From: Promethearchaeota archaeon
Lineage (GTDB): Archaea; Asgardarchaeota; Lokiarchaeia; Sigyniarchaeales; SOKP01
DNA: 64,000 bases
Direction: 5' to 3'
NCBI GenBank assembly: GCA_011364975.1
Contig: RDOE01000004.1
Location: 14,205-78,204 of the forward strand
Shown here: piece by piece, positions 30,931 through 40,131 of the stretch
Layout of the letters: the number at the start of each line of letters is the position of its first letter
Numbering within the stretch: the stretch's first letter is position 1
The notes under the pieces: generated by a model
What the model was told of the DNA's origin: nothing
What the model saw: only the letters and a program-made list of their open reading frames with translations
Databases searched by the model: none
Translations under genes and position numbers: made by a program

Positions 30931-31127
30931 ATGGTAAACTGTCCAGTTTGCAAAAATCCCTAGCCATTTTTAGATGGGCAACGAGTTTAAGACAATTTGT
31001 GCGGGGCGATTGGACTTCTGGTTATTGTAAAAGTGAAATTGATAGAAAAGGAAAATTAATGAAGAAAAATGAAAAAGGTTTGATCATAAGGTTTCAAATC
31101 GAGATTTTAATTTTCCTCAATTTTTAA
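30931..31127 (+). pseudogene. Degenerate small Zn-ribbon protein gene (frameshift near 30960)
   Basis: MVNCPVCKNP then TAG. The -1 frame continues LAIFRWATSLRQFVRGDWTSGYCKSEIDRKG, resembling small CxxC...SLRQ..WGGWTCxxC..E.D..G proteins with the second CxxC eroded. Confidence 0.4.
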
Positions 31128-31348
31128 TTTAACTCCGTTATTGAATTGGATATAGAGAGTAAAGAATTTAAAGAAAAGAAAACATCAAATTCAAATTCTT
31201 AAAAAATTATTCATATAACAACCAGATAAAAAGTAAAATTGGAAATGAGTCTATTACCAAAAATTTCTAAAATTTGGATCATTCATTGCCAACAATTACT
31301 AAATTTATTGCCAATATTAATTAAAAAACACATTTTTTGTTCTAAATT

Positions 31349-32269
31349 ATGAATTTTATTGAAGACTTAATACGATCAATACAACAGAAAAAATGTGTAG
31401 TTTGTATGGGGCTTGATCCGCGAATGGACAGCGATGCGGAAATACCCAAATATCTAGTCAAAGATTTTGAAGAACCAAATAACATAATACTAGAATTTAA
31501 TAAAACATTAATTGATGCAACTTATGATCTAATCCCTGTAATTAAACCCCAAATCGCTTTTTATGAAAAATATGAGGCTTTACCTGCTTTAAAAGAAACA
31601 ATTAAATATGCTCATAAAAAGAATCTTTTGGTAATCCTAGATTCTAAACGAAACGATATTGGCTCAACTTCTGAAGCTTATGCATTTTCAATGTTTAAAG
31701 GCTACGGAGCAGATGCTTCTACTCTTAATGCCTACCTTGGAATCGATGGGATCAAACCATTTTTAAAATACAAAGAAAAAGGTGTCTTTATTCTTGTAAA
31801 AACCTCCAATCCGAGTAGTAAAGAATTTCAAAACTTATTTAGTGTAAAGATTGAAAATATACCCGATAATACGACCGAAATAAAGGTTGATTCGATTACT
31901 TTAGATCGAAATTATATTCATATGGCAAAATTAGTCCAAGAATGGGGCACTTCTTTGAAAAAGTTTATGAATTTTCATAATTTAGGGGTCGTTGTTGGAG
32001 CTACCTTCCCTGAAGAATTAAAAGCAATAAGAAAAATAATACATAACTCCATTATTCTAATGCCAGGTTTTGGAATGCAGGGGGCTAAATCAGAAGATGT
32101 GAAATATGGTTTTTATAGTGATGGATTGGGTGGAATTGTCAATTCATCTCGTGGAATAATTTATGCTTATAGTAAAAATAAAAATTATCCTCCTGAAAAG
32201 TTTGGTGAAGCTGCAAGAGAAGAAGTTATCCAGATGAAAGAAAATATTAATAAAGCTATTGGTTTCTGA
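31349..32269 (+). CDS. pyrF: Orotidine-5'-phosphate decarboxylase (subfamily 2)
   Basis: CMGLDP, KPQIAFYE, DSKRNDIGST, VKTSNP, VVGATFP, PGFGMQG, NSSRGII. Confidence 0.95.
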   Translation: MNFIEDLIRSIQQKKCVVCMGLDPRMDSDAEIPKYLVKDFEEPNNIILEFNKTLIDATYDLIPVIKPQIAFYEKYEALPALKETIKYAHKKNLLVILDSKRNDIGSTSEAYAFSMFKGYGADASTLNAYLGIDGIKPFLKYKEKGVFILVKTSNPSSKEFQNLFSVKIENIPDNTTEIKVDSITLDRNYIHMAKLVQEWGTSLKKFMNFHNLGVVVGATFPEELKAIRKIIHNSIILMPGFGMQGAKSEDVKYGFYSDGLGGIVNSSRGIIYAYSKNKNYPPEKFGEAAREEVIQMKENINKAIGF

Positions 32270-32279
32270 TTGAATAATG

Positions 32280-32696
32280 CTAAAGTCTTGTTAATTGAGA
32301 AATTAAAGGGCCTAATCCAGACATTACAAAAACCATTGGAATAATAATGATAATCACGACTACAAGAGACCGCTTAAGACCGATCCTGTGAATTATATTC
32401 ACTACATTTATATCAACTAAAGCACAAATAATTACAACTGGAATAATTGCTCCAGGATTTCCATTAAATGCTCCAATCATCCCTAATAAAAAAAGTGGTG
32501 AGCCAATCGCAAAAATGACTCCGAATTGAATAAAAAAACTAGCAGCAACCCATTTCATCTTTTTCCAGCGTTCAGCTTTAGTAATAACAAGACCAAGTTT
32601 CAACAATATTAAATCAGCAACCGTTAAGCCAAGTATTAAAAATATTGAACTCATGTCACCAGACATTGGACCAAATTGCAGCAGTTGAAAAAACAT
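32280..32696 (-). CDS. 4-TM membrane protein of unknown function
   Basis: Four hydrophobic segments; fills the gap between pyrF and hdrA. Confidence 0.7.
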   Translation of the reverse strand: MFFQLLQFGPMSGDMSSIFLILGLTVADLILLKLGLVITKAERWKKMKWVAASFFIQFGVIFAIGSPLFLLGMIGAFNGNPGAIIPVVIICALVDINVVNIIHRIGLKRSLVVVIIIIIPMVFVMSGLGPLISQLTRL

Positions 32697-32912
32697 AATC
32701 TAAAGTAATAACCGTGGAATTTTTATATAAATTTTGGGAGTTTTGCCTTTTTTAATAAAGATGCTTATTAAACTATCATGAAACTTTTTTGATAAAAAAT
32801 TAATTATCTTAATCAGAGATTTTAAATTAAAATAAAATATTAAAATTCATAACATAAATCATTAAAATTTCTTGGAGGAATTAACAAAAAAGAACAAAAG
32901 GAATGATATGCA

Positions 32913-34877
32913 ATGGTAGAAACTGAAAATACAGATGAGGAACCAAGAATCTTCGTGGCTATATGCCAATGAGGAATTAATGTTGCTGAAATAATTGAAA
33001 CTCATTCACTGGCTGAATTTACCAAAACGTTACCAAATGTCGTAGATGCTCTTGATTATATAAGCCTTTGTACAGAACCTGGTGCTGAATTTATCAAAGA
33101 AAAAATGATTGAAAGCAACGCAAATAGGTTAGTAGTTGCCTCATGTACTCCAAAAACTCATGAACCTGTTTTTAAAAGCGTTCTTGAATCTATGGGATTA
33201 GATTCATCCTATCTTGAATTTGTAAACATTCGTGAGCATGCAAGTTTTGTCCATCGCCAAGATAAACCAGGAGCTCAAATGACAGCAGAGGATGCTATTC
33301 GTTCTGGCGTGGCAAGAGCTGCAGTTTTAGAAAAGATTTTAGTAAAAGAAGTCGATATCACAAAAAAGGCGTTAATAATCGGTGGAGGTGTAGCAGGCTT
33401 AGTTGCGGGAATTGATTTAGCTGAGGAAGGATTTGAAGTACATTTAGTTGAAAAATCTCCAACTATTGGTGGTAAAATGGCTATGCTAGATAGAACTTTT
33501 CCTACTGATGATTGTAGTATATGAATATTGGGACCCGTGATGTTACAAGCAGCAAGAACTCCCGGATTCAATATTTATACTTATAGCGAACTAGAGGATG
33601 TAAGTGGTTTTGTAGGTAATTTTAAAGCAAAGATCCGTAAAAGGGCGAGATATGTAACTAATGATTGTAATGGTTGTGGTTCATGCTTTGAAGTATGTCC
33701 TGCCTATGGATATGATGAATTTAATGAAGGAATGAACCCACGAAAAGCGATTTATGTATCATTTGCTCAAGCAGTTCCGTCAATGGCACAAATCGATATG
33801 AATAGATGTATTAAATGTGGTATGTGCAAAGAAGTATGTGAAGTTAAGGCTGTTGATTTTGATCAAAAGGATGAAATCATAGAACTTGAAGTTGGATCTA
33901 TTATTGTTGCTACTGGTTGGGATGAATATGAACCTGATAAAGGCTATTTAGGGTATAAGGTATACCCAAATGTTATAACTCAAATGAAGCTTGAACGAAT
34001 GCTTGCTCCTAATGGTCCTACTGTTGGGCATTTAGTCCGTCCTTCAGATGGAAAAAAGCCAGAAAGAATTTTATTCATCCAATGTGTAGGTTCAAGGGAC
34101 TTAAACAAACAAACGTATTGCAGTGCGGGAGTATGTTGCATGATTTCAATAAAAAATACAAAACTCATTAAACAGCATTATCCCGATATTGATATCACTG
34201 TTGCTTATATGGATATAAGAGCTGCTGGAAAAGATTATGAAGAGTATTTTACTGCATCACGAGCGGAAGGAATTAGATATGTAAGAACCAATGTTTCAAA
34301 AATCTATCAGGATCCTGAAACAAAAAACCTTAAAGTAATTCTTCAAAATACTTTAAGTAATACAGGACTAATAGAATTTGAATACGATCTAGTAGTTTTA
34401 TCGTGTGCTATGGTACCTGCTATTGGTGTTGATAAAATTGGTAAAATACTAAAACTTGAGACTTCTCAGGATGGCTTCTTTAAAGAATTTCATTCGCGGT
34501 TAAACCCAATTGACACAAAAATCCCTGGAATTGTTTTAGCTGGTGTCGCTCAAGGTCCAAAATCAATAGCAGAGTCAATTTCACAAGGAAGAGCTGCTGC
34601 ATCTTCTTTAGCTCGATTAATGAGTAAAGAAAAATACAGAATTTTATTAATCAGAGCTACTGTAGATAAGGATAAATGCGCTAAATGTGGACTTTGTGAA
34701 CTAAATTGTCCATATAATGCGATAAAATTAGAACCGGATGGAGCCGAGGTCAATGAAATTTTATGTAGAGGATGTGGTACGTGTCTAGCTAATTGTCCTT
34801 CTGAAGCAATCACTCTCAGGTATTATCGTGAACCTCAATATGAAAAACAAATCGATGCTATACTAGAGGAAATATAG
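32913..34877 (+). CDS. hdrA: Heterodisulfide reductase subunit A, selenoprotein (654 aa; Sec at TGA 32970-32972 and TGA 33522-33524)
   Basis: One continuous frame from ATG 32913: MVETENTDEEPRIFVAICQ-U-GINVA (HdrA CxCG motif)...VVASCTP, NIREH, IGGGVAG, TFPTDDCSI-U-ILGP, CNGCGSCFEVCP, QCVGSRD, YCSAGVCC, CRGCGTCLANCP. Joins ORFs 33105..33524 and 33528..34877. Confidence 0.95.
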
Positions 34878-34885
34878 GGAGGTGG
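34878..34885 (+). promoter_or_regulatory. Shine-Dalgarno of mvhD
   Basis: GGAGGTGG ending 5 nt before ATG 34891. Confidence 0.75.
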
Positions 34886-34890
34886 ATTAA

Positions 34891-35358
34891 ATGGCAACTC
34901 AGGATAGAATCAAGATTTTAGCGTTCATGTGTTGGAAATGAGGATATGGAGCAGGAGATATGGCTGGAACAATACGCGCTCAATATCCTGCTACTATTCG
35001 CCCTATTAGAATAAATTGTACCGGAAGAGTAACTCCTAGTCTTATGATGCGAGCAATTGGTAAAGGCGCAGATGGAATCATAGTTGCGGGATGATATGAA
35101 GGAGAATGCGATTATGAAACAGGAAATTTAGTTGCGGCCAAAAATGTTAAATATACAAAAGAGATATTAAAAATTGCCGGTGTTTCACCAGAAAGAGTAC
35201 AAATGTTCCATTGTAGTGCCGCAGAAGGCCAGAAATTTCAAGAAGAGATGACTAGAGTTTCAAAAATTATTGAGGAATTAGGCAATAACCCTATTAAAGA
35301 ATCGATCAAACTTGAAAAAGAAAAGGAAACTAATACCGTAGAAAAATCAACAAATTAA
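34891..35358 (+). CDS. mvhD: MvhD/VhuD [2Fe-2S] subunit, selenoprotein (155 aa; Sec at TGA 34939-34941 and TGA 35092-35094)
   Basis: Absent from the ORF track. Reads MATQDRIKILAFMCWK-U-GYGAGDMAG..RAQYP...RPIRINCTGRV......A...GADGIIVAG-U-YEGECDYETGN...GVSPERV...CSAAEG.KF; both TGAs align to conserved MvhD Cys/Sec positions. Confidence 0.95.
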
Positions 35359-35427
35359 ACCGAAAGAATGAATTTTACGAAAAAAAATTAGTCGTAAAAT
35401 GACGAACCATTATGCCATGGTTTCGGT
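35359..35427 (+). promoter_or_regulatory. Eukaryote-type SECIS element in the 3' UTR of hdrA-mvhD
   Basis: ATGA core (35368-71), perfect 9-bp stem ATTTTACGA/TCGTAAAAT (35372-80/35392-400), A-rich apical loop, 3' GA (35401-02), closing helix ACCGAAA/TTTCGGT (35359-65/35421-27). Confidence 0.88.
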
Positions 35428-35612
35428 ATTTTAGAATTTTTAAGAATTAGAAATATTACTACTTCTAATTTTGAAGTTTAACTCTATTAAACTTCTAATA
35501 ATTTAAATTATAAATGTATAAATAATACGAAAGCTAGTTTTATCCTAATCCAAATTTAATTTAAAAATGGATTTAAGTCATTAATAATATAAATGAGTTT
35601 AGATGATGAAAA

Positions 35613-36308
35613 ATGGGAGAAACAACACCAAGTAAACTTAAGTTTTCTGTTACAGCCCCCTCTGGAGCAACAAAGGTAGTTGCACTTATGGCTGCTCTTG
35701 TATTAATTCGCGAAGGAATATGGCTTTTTTGGAATACTGCAGATATAAATATCTTTTTTGGAATTATGGAAATAATCCTAGCAGGAATTTTAATTATTGT
35801 TCTAAATATAGTTGATTTTGGAGTGCCTTTCTTTAAGAAACTCTTTTTATGGTGGATAATACTAATTTTAGGAATTTTAGTATTGATGTTCGAAATATTC
35901 GCTTCTGGATACGACATTTTAACAGCAGCGTCTACAGGATTCTTACTAGGCGGTCTATTAGTAGTAATTGCAGCTATTCTTGAACTTGTTGCGAGTAAAC
36001 AGAAAATGAAAGCTTCTCAGATTGTTGCTCTGTTTGGAGCGGCATATACGATCTTTGAGGTTATTTTATTGTTTTTAAATCCATCAACACAAACTATCTA
36101 TCATGGAATTCTCGGAATAATATTTGTTGCATTATTACTGATTTCAATGCAAAAAAAGATAGATTTAAAAATCAGATATGAGTGGTGGGTTGTTTTAATT
36201 ATCGGTTTTGTACTTTATTCCTGGGTAACTTCAATACCATCAGTAACCTTCGGAACTGGTGGGACTATAGTATTGATCTCCTTTATATTGATGTTATTAG
36301 CCCTTTAA
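35613..36308 (+). CDS. Multi-pass membrane protein with internal duplication
   Basis: About 8 TM. The two halves share motifs (ATKVVALMAA / ASQIVALFGA; WWIILILG / WWVVLIIG; GGLLVVIA / GGTIVLIS). Confidence 0.75.
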   Translation: MGETTPSKLKFSVTAPSGATKVVALMAALVLIREGIWLFWNTADINIFFGIMEIILAGILIIVLNIVDFGVPFFKKLFLWWIILILGILVLMFEIFASGYDILTAASTGFLLGGLLVVIAAILELVASKQKMKASQIVALFGAAYTIFEVILLFLNPSTQTIYHGILGIIFVALLLISMQKKIDLKIRYEWWVVLIIGFVLYSWVTSIPSVTFGTGGTIVLISFILMLLAL

Positions 36309-36427
36309 AATTTTACTTTTTTTTCTTTTTCTTTTAGTTTAACATATTTTTTGTTTTAAAAAGAAAAATTATTAACTTACTTTTCAATTGTAAAATTAAA
36401 TAGTTATGATACGTACGGTGAATTTAA

Positions 36428-37735
36428 ATGGGAAAAGATCCTAAAACAACCGCTGAAAATCAATTAAAAAAAGCAGAGCAACTATATAAAGCACGGCAAT
36501 TTAAAAAAGCGGGCAAGAATTTTCATTCAGCGGGTATTTCTTTTCTTAAACTAGAAGAATATGAAATAGCTAAAAATTGTTTTCTTGAGGCGATAAAACC
36601 ATTTTTAGAATTAGACAAATACGATACGATTTTAGAACTAATACGAAAGGCAAGCGAAGCTTGTTTGCAAAATAATCAATATTCAGAAGCGTTCCGACTT
36701 TATAAAGATACAATGAACCACATCCCTAAATTAAAGAGTGAAACAGATAAAAATGATAATTATGTTCTCTTTTCTGTTTTATCCTATCTATGTTTACATG
36801 CCAATGGTGCTCCTGAGGAAGGATTAGATTATATTAAAAGAAATAGAAATAAGATAGACAATGACTTCTTCAAAGAAAATAATTTGATTCAATTAATTTC
36901 AGAGTTAACACTTTCCATCAGAGATAAAACGGAGAAATATCTTGAAAACATTCAAAATAATCTTAATCAATTTAAATTAAGAGATCCGGAAGTAAAATTG
37001 TTAAAAGACGTTATACTGTTGACGAAATTTCAGCTTTTAATTGAAAGTTCTTTAATCTTAGATAAGGACACTTATACTACCAATGACATTATTAATTTAA
37101 ATGTGGAGTTAGACACCAATCCTCTCATTCAAGTGCTTAATAACTCATTTTTTAAATTTAAAATCAATAGTTTTCAAATTATTAAACTAATTGTAAGTCT
37201 TTCGGATAATTTAACCACCAATAAAAAGCCAGACTTACCGTTTTCATTAGATATTGGTAGTAAAATTACTTTACCTTTTACATTAAAACCTCACTTTCAA
37301 TTGGATAACCCAAAGATAGGCCCTATAAACTTAACGTTTGAATTGAATAATCTACTAATTTTTAATTATGATACCTCCGTTATAATCCCAAATTTAATTT
37401 CACCCCCTGCCTCCTTAGAGGCTTCAATAAAGAATTTACGCCCACCACTTTTAGATCAATCATTTCCATTAGAAATTTTAATTGAAAATCGAAGCCAAGG
37501 AGAAGCGCTAGATGTAAATATTGATGTTGAATTTCCTGAAGAGCTTAAACTTATGAGAGGCACCACAAATAAGCAAATATATTCATTAAGAAGTAATGAA
37601 AATTTAAAATGGGAGGTCAACCTAAAACCCCTTGATGTAGGAGATTTCATCATTAAAATAAGTATAAAATTTAAAGATCCTGATGATAATCAAATCAACG
37701 ATGTAAAAGAATTCCCCTTTTCAATAAAAATGTAA
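36428..37735 (+). CDS. TPR/SNAP-like helical solenoid + C-terminal Ig-like (CARDB/DUF11-type) domains
   Basis: N-terminal repeats KAEQLYKARQFKKAGKNFHSAG..FLKLEEYEIAKNCFLEA. Beta-rich C-terminus LEILIENRSQGEALDVNIDVEFP...LRSNE...W...P...G.F.I. Confidence 0.65.
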   Translation: MGKDPKTTAENQLKKAEQLYKARQFKKAGKNFHSAGISFLKLEEYEIAKNCFLEAIKPFLELDKYDTILELIRKASEACLQNNQYSEAFRLYKDTMNHIPKLKSETDKNDNYVLFSVLSYLCLHANGAPEEGLDYIKRNRNKIDNDFFKENNLIQLISELTLSIRDKTEKYLENIQNNLNQFKLRDPEVKLLKDVILLTKFQLLIESSLILDKDTYTTNDIINLNVELDTNPLIQVLNNSFFKFKINSFQIIKLIVSLSDNLTTNKKPDLPFSLDIGSKITLPFTLKPHFQLDNPKIGPINLTFELNNLLIFNYDTSVIIPNLISPPASLEASIKNLRPPLLDQSFPLEILIENRSQGEALDVNIDVEFPEELKLMRGTTNKQIYSLRSNENLKWEVNLKPLDVGDFIIKISIKFKDPDDNQINDVKEFPFSIKM

Positions 37736-37745
37736 TCATACGTCA

Positions 37746-38891
37746 TTATAATATTAACAAAGGCTCTTTATGATTATAGGTTACGACCTCACACTTATCT
37801 TTTCCAATGATTATGTCATCTTCTAATCGAATACCCCATTTATTTTGCCAATATAACCCTGGTTCATTAGTATATACCATATTTCTTTGAAGAAAAGTAT
37901 TGTCTGGGGCATTAACAGCAACTCTTGGACCAATATCGTGAGCTTCAAAACCTAATGCATGGCCTAATCCATGATTGAAAAGTTTATCTTGATCCGGAAA
38001 CCCATTATTTTGTAAATATTCACGGCATTTTATGGCTGGTAAATTACAGGGGGTACCTTCAACATAATATTTATTAGCAACTTCTTTAGCTTCATAAAGG
38101 GCATGATATGCTTTTAAAAAATCACTACTTGGTTTGTTTCCTACCCAATATGTCCATGTAATATCTGAGCACATTTCTTCTATTTGTAATCCTGTATCTA
38201 TTAATAAAACCCCATCATCAATCTTTCTAAGTGAGGTATTATGGTGAGGATCAGCAGAATTTGGACCTGAGCCTACTATCGCTTCAAATGCAGGTCTTCC
38301 TAACTTCATATACTCATATTCAATTTTCGCTTTCACAGTTTTTTCTGTCATTCCTTTTCTTACCCAATTAGGAACATCATCAAGAATTTCTAATGTGGTT
38401 TTGCACACATTTCTTAGATCTTCTAACTGACTAGAAGATTTTACACTTCTTAATTTATAAATAATAGGAGCAGCAGAGATAAATTCTGTGTTGGGTGATA
38501 AGGATCGTAAAGCATTATAATCTCCCACATATATATAGTCTGCGAATGCAGTTTCTTGAGCACTTAAATTATTCTCCCCAAAGTTTAGTGCGATTCTTGG
38601 CTTATTTAAAACATTAATTAATAAACTTCCTATTTCTTCAATGGATCTAAAGGCCTTAACCTCGGCATCCACGCCTGCTTTCTTTAATGACCGTTGAATC
38701 ATAGGTGCTTCCATTGATACTGCTATAACTTTATGCTTTCCATCCTTAGCCACATATACAAAATGGCGAGCATGAGATTCAACACCTAACATGTATTTAG
38801 AATTTATATCACTGTCTTCTTTACATGAAATCAACCAACCATCAGCATCTAGTTCTTGTAGTATTTCTTGAACTCTTTCAAATTTATTCAT
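37746..38891 (-). CDS. Xaa-Pro peptidase (M24B family)
   Basis: NSADPHH, LIDTG....CSDIT, HGLGH.LG.EAHD, TNEPGLY, GIRLEDD. Confidence 0.92.
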   Translation of the reverse strand: MNKFERVQEILQELDADGWLISCKEDSDINSKYMLGVESHARHFVYVAKDGKHKVIAVSMEAPMIQRSLKKAGVDAEVKAFRSIEEIGSLLINVLNKPRIALNFGENNLSAQETAFADYIYVGDYNALRSLSPNTEFISAAPIIYKLRSVKSSSQLEDLRNVCKTTLEILDDVPNWVRKGMTEKTVKAKIEYEYMKLGRPAFEAIVGSGPNSADPHHNTSLRKIDDGVLLIDTGLQIEEMCSDITWTYWVGNKPSSDFLKAYHALYEAKEVANKYYVEGTPCNLPAIKCREYLQNNGFPDQDKLFNHGLGHALGFEAHDIGPRVAVNAPDNTFLQRNMVYTNEPGLYWQNKWGIRLEDDIIIGKDKCEVVTYNHKEPLLIL

Positions 38892-39031
38892 AATTCAAAC
38901 CACACAATCTTATGTTATTATCTTTATTAATATAAATAAAAAAAGATAACTCAAAAATACATAACAAAAATTAAAATTTTAATATTTAAGTAAAGATACA
39001 TATATTAAAGACAAAAAAATAAAAAATTAAA

Positions 39032-40114
39032 ATGCAAACTTTTAAAATAATCCCTCAGTTTCGGGATAATTGCGTAATCCAAGGAAAGAAGGATTGGTTT
39101 CAGGATCTTAGTTTAGGAGATACGATATTTTTAATCGCAAATGAGCCTACTAAAAAATTCTCTATAATTACTAAAATAGATGGCATAGAGCCTGGAGAAG
39201 AACCAATTATATATGTAGATCAACGCAATTTGGAAAAATTTGCAGAAGGAGATAAGGTATATCTTTTAAAATATAACCCTGCAGAAGCAATTGAAGTTCG
39301 AATTCATATCTCCGATGAATATAGTCTTATTTCAAAAGGAGATTGGACCAAAAATATTAAACCTTCATTAACTAATAGATTGATTGATATAGGTCAAGAG
39401 ATTTCCTTTTTAATTCCATGGGATGCGGGAGATCCAATTATCGGAGCAGGGCTAATAACCTCTACTTTGCCGAATCCTCCATTATTCATCGGTGATCGAA
39501 CAAAAATTATTTTAGATAAATTTTCTAATGAGATTCTTTCTAAACTTAAACGTCTTACGATACAAAGTAAAGAAGATCGAGTAGAGATACTGGAAAAACA
39601 AATAGAGCAAAATATCATAGAGTTTATTAAGAAAATAAAACATCAAAATTACCCCTTCAAAGGTCAAAAATATCAATTTAAAGCAACAAATCCAAAACAA
39701 TTATTTGAGTCTATTCTCACATTATTTAAAGGTTTGGATATAATAGAAGAACCAGTTGAAAAAAATTTTGATGAGAAAGATCAAGATTATTTTGCATCAG
39801 TGGTCTTCTTAAATAGAGAAATTGTCCCATATTTACAACTGATTGATCTTCAAATTATTGGTCTTAAAAATACTGGCATGCTAATAATATGGGTTACTGG
39901 AGAAAAGGAAGAGATTGTTGAAGAGACATTAAACAATTATAATACAAAAATATCAGCATTAAAACAAGGTTTAGAACAACATATAAACCTAGTAAGCATA
40001 CAATGCCCAGAATGTGGCGGAGCTTTACCAATAAAAGATATTCAGATAAATGGTATTGTTGAATGTGCATACTGTGCTAGAATTTCTAAAATACCTAAAG
40101 CATTACGATATTAA
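39032..40114 (+). CDS. Cdc48/p97 N-domain-like protein lacking AAA ATPase, with C-terminal Zn ribbon
   Basis: IYVD......GDKV.L....PAEA.EV.I......IKPSL.NRLI..GQ.I.F......ITSTLP.PP..IGDRTKI matches the CDC48_N/CDC48_2 pattern. No Walker A. Ends with CPECGG...CAYC. Confidence 0.65.
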   Translation: MQTFKIIPQFRDNCVIQGKKDWFQDLSLGDTIFLIANEPTKKFSIITKIDGIEPGEEPIIYVDQRNLEKFAEGDKVYLLKYNPAEAIEVRIHISDEYSLISKGDWTKNIKPSLTNRLIDIGQEISFLIPWDAGDPIIGAGLITSTLPNPPLFIGDRTKIILDKFSNEILSKLKRLTIQSKEDRVEILEKQIEQNIIEFIKKIKHQNYPFKGQKYQFKATNPKQLFESILTLFKGLDIIEEPVEKNFDEKDQDYFASVVFLNREIVPYLQLIDLQIIGLKNTGMLIIWVTGEKEEIVEETLNNYNTKISALKQGLEQHINLVSIQCPECGGALPIKDIQINGIVECAYCARISKIPKALRY

Positions 40115-40131
40115 TTAAAGTGGAATTAATC

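Noticed and set aside
33105-34877. hdrA as two genes or a nonsense-disrupted pseudogene
   Set aside because: The breaks are all TGA, in frame and at conserved Cys positions; the same holds in mvhD, and a SECIS follows. This is Sec recoding.
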